From positions 248,001 through 312,000 of the forward strand of contig NIVC01000491.1 in NCBI GenBank assembly GCA_002269645.1: a stretch of 64,000 nucleotides of DNA, read 5' to 3'. Positions 44,392 to 52,657 of this stretch are shown one piece after another. Each line of letters begins with the position of its first letter. Position 1 is the stretch's first letter. A program made the translations under genes and the position numbers. The notes beneath the pieces were generated by a model. That model was not told where the DNA came from. It searched no databases and saw nothing but the letters and a program-made list of their open reading frames with translations. This stretch comes from Macrostomum lignano. Taxonomy: Eukaryota.

Positions 44392-45826
44392 CACACAGTT
44401 GACATGGGTTTGAGTTTATCTTATCCTCTTATCCTCTAGGTGTCGCTCTACCCGACTGTCAACAAGTTTGACAAGTACCCTGTCGGGCACCCGGTTCACC
44501 ACCCCGAGCCTCATCTACTGGATGAGCTGCAGCTGGCCCGGTATTTTGGCATCGCCGAGGTGTCAATTCTGCCGCCAACCAATCTCCACATTCCGCTACT
44601 GCCCGCCAAGATTAACAAGAAGCTGGTTTTCGGCCTCTGCCGCGTCTGCATGGAGACACAGTGCAGCAGCGAGTGTACACACACTGACGCTGAGAGAATG
44701 CTCCGCGGCACGTGGTCGACCCCAGAGCTCCACAAAGCCCTGCAGTTGGGTTACAAGCTGCAGTCAGTTCATGCCCTGGCCTATTGGACCGAGACTCGCA
44801 CGGGCCTGTTTGCGGATTATGTAAACACCTTTTTAAAGCTCAAAGCAGAGTCTAGCGGTTCGCCGGGGATGACTGAGGACGCCAAGGCTGCCTACATGGC
44901 CAGCTTTTTCGAGCGCGAAGGCGTCCGGCTGGAAAAGGTGGAAGAAAATCCCGGCCTGCGCTTTGTGGCCAAGATTTTTCTAAACTCGTAAGTTTTTCTA
45001 CTTGCAGTGGGGGACCATGTTTTTCTACTTTCAGTAGCCAGATATACAAAAATTTATTTTTCCCTGCAGGCTCTGGGGCAAATTCTGCCAGCGTGACGAC
45101 CTGACCTCCACAGAGATTGTGGACAGCTACGAGGCGTGGCTGCAGCGCCTGACAGACCCCTCGATCAAGGTCAAGTCGTGTGAGCCAATTGGGGAGAGCT
45201 TCATGATGCTCGAGTACAAGCCCCGATTTGGCGGTGCTGGCGAGCGGGCATTCAAGTACGCCAATGTACCTATTGGAGTTTTCACCACCTCCCACGCCCG
45301 GCTGCGACTCTACGAGGCTCTGGAGGGTCTAGGAACCCGAGTCATTTACGCCGATACTGATTCGTAAGTAATTTTTTCACTGTCTCTGTCTCTCTTTCTC
45401 CCCTTAACACTATATCCTTCTCCTCCTCCCAGGGTCGTATACCGGTGCTCTCCGGGCGAGTACGAGCCTCCGGGCGGTTCGAGTTTGGGGCAGTGGACTG
45501 ACGAAGTACCTGCTGGCTGCCGCATGGTACAGTTCACCACGGGAGGCCCCAAGCTCTACCGGTACGTGGTGGAGAAGCCCGACAGGTCGCTGTACTCGGT
45601 GCTCAAGTGCAAGGGCATCAGAGTCACGCCCGAGATTTCCGAGCGTGAGGACGAGCTGCAGGAAATTCTGCGCCACGGGGGCTCTGTCCGCCTGCCCCAG
45701 GCCCAGTTCAGGCGCGATAAGGCCAGCTGTACAATCCGGACCCTGGAGATGGACAAGACTTTCCAGCGCGTGATGACTAAGAGGGTGTATGGGGCCGCCA
45801 GCCGTCCGTATGGCTTTCGGGAGTGA
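40203..45826 (+). CDS. polB: Protein-primed family B DNA polymerase, 7 exons: 40203-40263, 41452-41496, 41569-42137, 42409-44328, 44440-44987, 45070-45363, 45433-45826 (3831 nt, 1276 aa)
   Basis: ExoI YYDFET, ExoII AHNGSAYD, ExoIII YCLQDT; motifs YRDV|VSLYP, KIFLNS|LWGK and YADTDS|VVY are restored by GT-AG splicing; all junction phases checked against the ORF frames. Confidence 0.93.
40290..41400. repeat. Complex repeats inside polB intron 1, including a 361-bp tandem duplication
   Basis: Identical ORFs 40485..40673 and 40846..41034 offset by 361 nt. Confidence 0.85.
42165..42390. repeat. AT-rich minisatellite inside polB intron 3
   Basis: ttttacacagtatcgtggaatactaaaaga repeats. Confidence 0.85.
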
Positions 45827-46181
45827 GTGAGAGATAAGGATCTGTCTTTGCACGCCTGGGATTCCCCTATGTGCCCACTTGGGATCCCTTGACTCTTGGG
45901 GTTGAAAAATGGTTTTACGCTCGCACTGTACTTAGGGGTCCTTACTCATTTGACACCTCCACTGTACATTGAGCGGGATCCCCTCAAGTGTTAAAACTCC
46001 CATTTGACACCTATTCCCTCGGGGCGGTTTGTGGCCCAGCGGTCCGCCTCTTGGAGTAGAACTCCTGACATGAACTTGCTGCGCTGATTAGCGTACTGAT
46101 AGCGTAATCGAAATACGTCCATTTTCCTAGCCCACTTGTGGGTTTAATTGTGTTGAAAGTATATCGGGTCATTAGGCCGTG

Positions 46182-47129
46182 AACCTCCCTTTTGGTATTT
46201 CCCCGAACCGCTTTTGTTTAAAATTTTTATGCACCTGCTGGTTAGACAATATTTACTCTTTAGTCGGTGTGACATTATTTACGCGTCTGTTGAAATTGCA
46301 CCTGGGCGTTTGCCTATAATCGGATTATACATGCGCACCTGCATTATACAACTACACCTTATGCATGCCTTGTAAACCTGCTTTATACATTAATCCGATA
46401 TGTATCGAAAGTACACTTTGTAAACCTGCTGTGTGTATTTCCACCTATGTAGCGCCTACAGTACCTGCTTTGTCTATTTCTGCCCATGCACCTACATTGT
46501 GTGTTTTTGCTGCTCATATGCTCCAATATGTACATTTTAATATGCATTATGCGTCATTATTCACACCTACCAATATGTTTTATCTACTTTTTATGTAAAT
46601 ATACGCAATTTCATCTACTATAAGTAGTTTTCACTAGCCTAATATCGCTGACTAGATATCTGTGTATGCATACATATCGGAGAGTGGTAGAGTGTACACC
46701 CGTACTGGGGAGAGTGTACACTCGGGGTGCCTGCGGCATGGGAGAGTGTACACTCGGGTGCCTGCGGCTTGGGAGAGTGTACACTCGGGGTGCTTGCAGC
46801 ATGGGGCGCCTGCAGCATGGGCGCCTGCTGCTCTGGAGGGAGGGTGCGCCTGCGGCTCGGGAGGGCATACATATCGGGGTACATGTCGGTAGGGTGAGCA
46901 TACATATCGGTAGGTGCGCCTGCGGCTGGGGAGGGTCGCCGGTGGCTGGGGAGGGTCGCCTGCGGCTGGACGGCGCTTGGCGCCACGTGCCTGCGGCGCG
47001 CGCGCGCCGAGCGCCGATATCGATACGGGTATCGATCACCTAGTGATCGGGGCGCCAGCCAATGAGAGGCGAGGAGGGTTGACACCCACCTCACCTCCAA
47101 AATCAACGGATCTGCCGGCCCTTAGTAGT
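46182..47129. repeat. Right terminal inverted repeat (948 bp)
   Basis: Reverse complement of 37031-37979. Confidence 0.95.
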
Positions 47130-47175
47130 CATCTTTGAGGGCCTGCACGGTCATGCTGCCTAACGTAGAGTCCAT
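47130..47175 (-). CDS. gag 5' fragment (MDSTLGSMTVQALKD), cut off by the Polinton-like insertion
   Basis: Joins in frame to 37024 when one TSD copy and the element are removed. Confidence 0.85.
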
Positions 47176-47414
47176 TGTGAGTGCAGTGCTTGGCAAATCA
47201 GGCAGGCTAAAAATATTTTGCCAAAATTACGCCGACTCAGCGGCCGCGACGCGTGACTAAATAGCACAGAGCGGAGGGGGAGGCTGCCCTTAGCCCTGCA
47301 CGCACGCAGAGCACCAGCACCCCACCAACCCACCAAAGCGAGGCCAGGCCGGCGCGGGGGGGGGGGGTTTAAAACCAGTTAAAGTCAGATACCTGCCTCA
47401 AACTGACGTAATTA

Positions 47415-47489
47415 TCAGATGAATTTGGAACGGTAAATTAATTAATATCAAATTTATATCTAGATCATATGGCAGAATCTATTCATCAT
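47415..47489 (-). ncRNA. SNORD47: Box C/D snoRNA, U47-like
   Basis: GATTCTGCCATATGA and ACCGTTCCA. Confidence 0.82.
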
Positions 47490-47694
47490 TTTACGTGTTA
47501 AAATTTGTCACTGTAACGTAAATCACACTTTTAATACTCACCAAAGTGAAGATAGCACTGAAAAACTTATTGAAGTCAGACAGGACGAACAATTGTTCCA
47601 TCTGAAAAAACACAGAATATGGTGGCAGGTGGTGAACAAAGCGATAGTAAAAATTAAAACTATACACGGCAAATATACATGTATATATTCTAAA

Positions 47695-47757
47695 TCAGTA
47701 ACGGATTTCCCTATCATATTGTTAAATCAAACAATGTAGGTAAGATTTATTCATCAT
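47695..47757 (-). ncRNA. SNORD34: Box C/D snoRNA, U34-like
   Basis: All boxes and guide present. Confidence 0.8.
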
Positions 47758-47951
47758 GATTAAGTTTTTGCCTGTCAACTTATCATTTTTATTAATTGTG
47801 ATTGTTTTGAAGCGAAAAATCAAACTTACCACAATTTCAACTAAATCAAAGATTTCGGAAACCAGTCTGAAAACAGTTTAAAGTCTTTGAATAGTAAAAA
47901 TGTAAATATTTTCTATTAAAATGCACAATAAATTCTACGAGTACAAAATAC

Positions 47952-48013
47952 TCAGCTGCTTGGTGTACTCATCAGTTTGCAAACAATCAAACAATGTAGG
48001 TAATATTCATCAT
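47952..48013 (-). ncRNA. SNORD34: Box C/D snoRNA, U34-like
   Basis: ATGATGA, TACCTACATTGT-TTGA, CTGA. Confidence 0.78.
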
Positions 48014-49092
48014 TTACAGTTATCTTTCACGTAAATGTAAACAAATAATTCATAATTAGAATTCACTTAAACCTAGATGGCAGAGAGAACTCCCAGTTCC
48101 CCGTGTCAAGGAGACTCAAAAAACTAAAAACAATACAAAGAGTTCTTTAAAACTGAATAATTTGGTATCTCAGTCATCCATTCAGTTCATCTGCACTCGT
48201 CTCTGTTTACTCTCCCTCTCTGTCTAGTTCAGTCCTGTTGTTCTTATCTCTGTCCCTCCTTCCTTATCGTTGTCTCCCTTCTGCCTTCTGATTGGCTCTT
48301 TAATCTCAACTTCTTTCCTCAGTCGCGCTCTCAACCCCTAATTTTCTTATCTATCTACGCTTAACACATATTACACACCCTTAATTAAATACTTCTTTCA
48401 AATAGACTTGTTTGGGTGCCTATTTAAAAATGCTTCAAAAATTCCCAAATGCTTCGTTTTTGAGTGCCACGACTTAATTAGTTATCTAGTTAGCTTATCT
48501 CCTCCCGTCTCTGTTTTCTTATCTACTGTCTAGTTTAGTCTTGTGATTCTTTCCCCCTGCCGCCTTCTGATTGGCTCAGATGATCACGTCTCTTTTCCCA
48601 GTCTATCTATACTAAACAAACCTTACTAATTAAGTGTCCCTCATAAAAAGTTGTTTAGGAATGCGCCGCCACTTACTAATTTAATTTCTCTAAATGATCT
48701 CTGATATAACCCAACTTCAATTAATCTAATACACTAGTCACTTAACATTAGTTTTGTCTGAATTTTCTCTACATGAAACCGAATGTAATTTAGCTTTAAT
48801 TGACCGAATATATTAGCAGCTGACTTATTAGTGTGTACTTATTAGTATGTTGTCTGATTTTTTCTATAGAACACTATAACAAGTCTACTGAAACATGATT
48901 TTAAAATGCAAGTCATTAAAACGCATTTAAATTTTTAATAAAGTATGATCTTACCGATTAAGAGAATTAAAACCTTATAGCAGCACAACCAAAATGTCTA
49001 AAATGCAAACAGCAGAAAAATTATATCATTATTTTTAGTGCTGGGAAAAATTCAAAGCAAATGTATGCGCATACATTGTATGCATGCATTAC

Positions 49093-49161
49093 TCAGAAAC
49101 AGCCTCTAAATTGCCTATCAAAATTAAATTGGTCAGATGCTTGGTGAAAGGTACTCATCAT
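49093..49161 (-). ncRNA. SNORD95: Box C/D snoRNA, U95-like family B
   Basis: TTCACCAAGCAT-CTGA and TAGAGGCTGTTT-CTGA. Confidence 0.82.
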
Positions 49162-51559
49162 AATTGTATGCATATTTATGATAAAAGAATAAAGAAATGA
49201 AATTCACTAAAAACATACCTCAGAATTCTTGAAAAAAGTATTGGCTGGTTGAAATCTGCAATTGAGTAGGATACAAAATTATAAAAATGGTCTTATTACA
49301 TTTAAAGGACAAGAAAAATAAGGACATTATTTATAGACCTTGGCTTTAGTATAAAGGAAATTAGCTTTAGTGTCAGAAATTTCTAGCATATTTGTGTTAG
49401 CTAGTTCATACCTGGTGCACAAGTCTTATAACATATAACTTGATTATATGTCAAAACATTAGGTATGTTGCATGCACTACATAGATTAGCATATACACAA
49501 GCATATTTAAATTAAACCAGGAAAAAGCTCTGCTATGCCCCTATGTTATGCTACTATCGTTTTTTAAAGCATTCAATATAAATTTTGTTAAAGTATATAA
49601 ATAGTAAATTTTTAATAATAAAATAAGAACCATATAAAAACAACTTAAAAATTTCAAAATTATAAATCCTACTTTTGTGCTGCAACAATAAAGGACCTTT
49701 TTCCATTATTATGTTTGACATTTATATATACATTATAACAAAACATGGGTCTATTACTTCTTTATAGATGAAAAGTAAAAACTTGCATAGTATAAAAACT
49801 TGCAAGTACATATAGTTCTAATACATTATTATTGAAAATAGCCCTATTGCATTTAATTAATATTTTTTGTTTGCATTCTTACTACCTCTTAGTCTTTTTT
49901 TAACTTTACTTTTTTCAAAATGTTCTACTTTTGTTACAGAAACTATAAGACACTTGCACCTATTTAGAAATTGTTTTTTATACCACTTTTTGTATACCAA
50001 ATATAACTTTCTAAGATTCAAACATGCTAAATATGCATACCAATGAACTATAAAGGGCTTAACACATACCAGAAAATTCTAGCATATAGGACACCTTTTT
50101 GACTATGTTCTAGACCTTGGGATTAGGAAAGTGATATATAGGCTTAGTAGTTGGATAGTTATAGTCATTCTCATTCTAGCCTTTCCTTTACTTTACAATT
50201 TAAAAAAATTAAAGATATACAAAAATTTTTGTATAAAAAACAAAAAAATTTAAATTAAAAAATTATACAAAGATCTCATTCACACTCTAAATCATGTATT
50301 ATAATATGTCTAAAAATCTGGGCATGCACTGGACCCATAATCATAATATTTAAAAAATTATTCTATACAAATTATTATACAAAAGTCTTTCTTAAGGAAA
50401 TTCTACTCAAAAAACAGAATGACCTTTTTAGGTGGAATTTTTGGAATACATTTTAGGGAATTTTTATGCTTTTGGGCCTTGGCGTACACTGGCATACATT
50501 TAGCTAAGATAGGATTCTTGTTCTAGAATACACTACTACACCATCAGGAACCTTGGGCATTTGCCAATATTTATATTTGGAGCAGCTGTTCTAATGAACC
50601 TGGTATTAGCAGTTTAGCCACTCTTGACTCAACTAAAATCAACTAAATTATTACCCAACTAAAAAGGTCCTTATCACAATACAAAAAGGTCATTTTTGTT
50701 GCAACACAAAAAGGTCCTTTATTGACATATTGTTGCAATATTTTTTGATTTGTCCAACATATAGATCCTAAGTAGATTTGTTTTTTACATCAAAAATTCA
50801 AAAATTTGAAATTTACAACTATGGCTATAGGAATCTATGGAATGTGACAGCAACACTATATTTCCATAGGCATATCCATAGCTACCATTAATTGTGGTAG
50901 CACAAAAAATTGCATACCTGTACATGTATATTTGTATTGGCTACAAAAATGCAACAAAATATTGCAAATTATTTTGTGACTGTTTGCACAGTTTAAATTA
51001 CTGACTTTACTGTTTTAAATGTAGAATTACTACAAAGCGTAACATTTTATAGTTTTTTATTAATGAACTATTCAAATTTATTATTTTCTACTTAAAAAAG
51101 CAAAGCTAATCAGTCTACTATTTATTGTAACAAGTTATCTAAAAATGAGAGTATAAGACTATCGCAAAAAATTATTTTTCTATTGGTAATGCCAAAATTG
51201 TATCACTAAATTTAGTTCAAGATTGTCAAAAATTGCATTTGGTTCACTATCAAATTGCACCCTGAAAAAAGTTGCAATTTTCTATTTTATATGCCAGATG
51301 CAAGAATTCCATGCTAGGGCTGCTACTGCATAGACTCAATTTCTGGGGGGGGGGGGGGGGTCAAGGGTATGTGCCTTTGCAAACAAAGCTCTTATTGCAT
51401 ATAGAAGAATCTTTTTGAACCAAAATCAAAAAAATATCCACACTGTCACTCATAATGACTTTTACAGGTCACGGTTGCTTTGCCAGGTACTGTTTCCTTT
51501 GAAGTGCCCACCAGAGCAAACTCTGCCCTTTTTGCAATATTAAGAACAAAGATGCCAAG

Positions 51560-52657
51560 TAGAGGTCAAACAGGATTGAAATCTTTGGGCGGGATCAAGA
51601 TCAAGAATAATTTTTTCTTGAGATTGGGATTGGGATTCAGGAATCAGGATCAGGTCTTTTAGTGTATTGTACATGTAAAGTTAAACAAAATTGAGAAAAT
51701 ATTATTAAAATCAAGAAGTAAAACACAACGAAATTGATATGAAGTTTTGTAACCAACAAAGTAAATAATGTAATGAGCAAGGAGGACTTAAGTAGGACAG
51801 GAAACCTCGTTTCTTAGAAAAGTTTTGAAGGCACTTTTTCCCGAAAAAATACACTACGGAGATAGGAAGTTTTCATTTTTTCAGCACAAAAATTGTTATT
51901 GCGTTTGATAGGAGGCAGATTCAGTGTTCATCTTTTGATATTTTGTGCCTTTTTTATTGCTCTATTGATATTTATAAAGCTTTTTGTTCAGAAAATTAGG
52001 ATTCCATGTTAATTTTTTATTTTACGTATATTTTCGCGTGTCTTGTGCTTGAAATACATTAGAATGCCACGGCTTGGCTCTTTAGCTTTATGAGTCTTTT
52101 TTATCATTCTTACCCAACTGTGTAGCAAATATTTGTAACAGAGATGATAAAATAGGCTCATAAAACCAAATATTGGAGCTGTGTCATGCATTTTTGTGAT
52201 TTTTAGATACAGGAAATATATGTAGAATAAAAAATTAATATAGAATCCTAATTTTCTGAACAAAAAGCTTTATAAATATCAATAGAGCAATAAAAAAGGC
52301 ACAACATATCAAAAGATGAACACTGGATCTGCCTCCTATAAAACGCAATAACAATTTTTGTGCTGAAAAAATGAAGACTTCCTATCTCTGTATAGTGTAT
52401 TTTTTCGGGAAAAAGTGCCTTCAAAACTTTTCTAAGAAACGAGGTTTCCTGTCCTTCTACTTAAGTTGTCCTTGGTAATGAGTACAAGTTAAAGCAAAAT
52501 ACCTTCAAGTAATTACTAATTCTATAATTTTTTAATCAAAAGACTTGTTCCCGAATCTTGAGTTTTTTAGGGTCAGGATTCTGGTCCTGCGGGAATTCAA
52601 TTTTCCTTGGGATCCGGGATCCCAAGATTTGGGGATTGGGATCCCATCCAACCTCTA
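51560..52657. mobile_element. Non-autonomous hAT-type element, 8-bp TSD atgccaag
   Basis: Ends TAGAGGT...ACCTCTA; gggat(t/c) subterminal repeats; TSD at 51552-51559 and 52658-52665. Confidence 0.85.
51778..52474. mobile_element. 697-bp MITE with ~225-bp TIRs, 8-bp TSD gtaatgag, nested in the previous element
   Basis: CAAGG...CCTTG ends; long near-perfect inverted arms; TSD at 51770-51777 and 52475-52482. Confidence 0.88.

Larger units (their letters stand above)
37031..47129. mobile_element. Polinton/Maverick-like element, 10,099 bp, ~950-bp TIRs, 6-bp TSD CATCTT; encodes a spliced pPolB, a PC4-like protein and an orphan protein
   Basis: TSD at 37025-37030 and 47130-47135; termini ACTACTAAGGG / CCCTTAGTAGT; protein-primed family B polymerase. 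Confidence 0.92.
33753..47367 (-). mobile_element. DIRS/Ngaro-like retroelement (~3.5 kb without the nested Polinton), no tyrosine recombinase seen
   Basis: gag and RT/RNaseH on the minus strand; GC-rich block bounded by TTTAAA|CCCC and G12|TTTAAA within a host-gene intron. Boundaries are inferred. Confidence 0.7.
14180..49260 (-). ncRNA. Non-coding polycistronic snoRNA host gene (UHG/GAS5-like) with many tiny exons
   Basis: Many short AT-rich exons bounded by cttac/ctcac (donor) and ctg/cta (acceptor) on the plus strand, e.g. 14481-14513, 19582-19633, 20442-20471, 33619-33660; C/D snoRNAs lie in the introns; candidate terminal exon with AATAAA at 14205-14200; 5' end not located. Confidence 0.7.

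Noticed and set aside
33747-47373. piggyBac interpretation of TTAA-flanked CCC...GGG ends
   Set aside because: No transposase and no extended TIR beyond the C/G runs; the content is gag plus RT.
48050-51350. AT-rich region with a ~100-bp internal duplication containing ATTGG and a G16 run; possible host-gene promoter or transposon
   Set aside because: No TIR/TSD or TSS evidence could be established from sequence alone.
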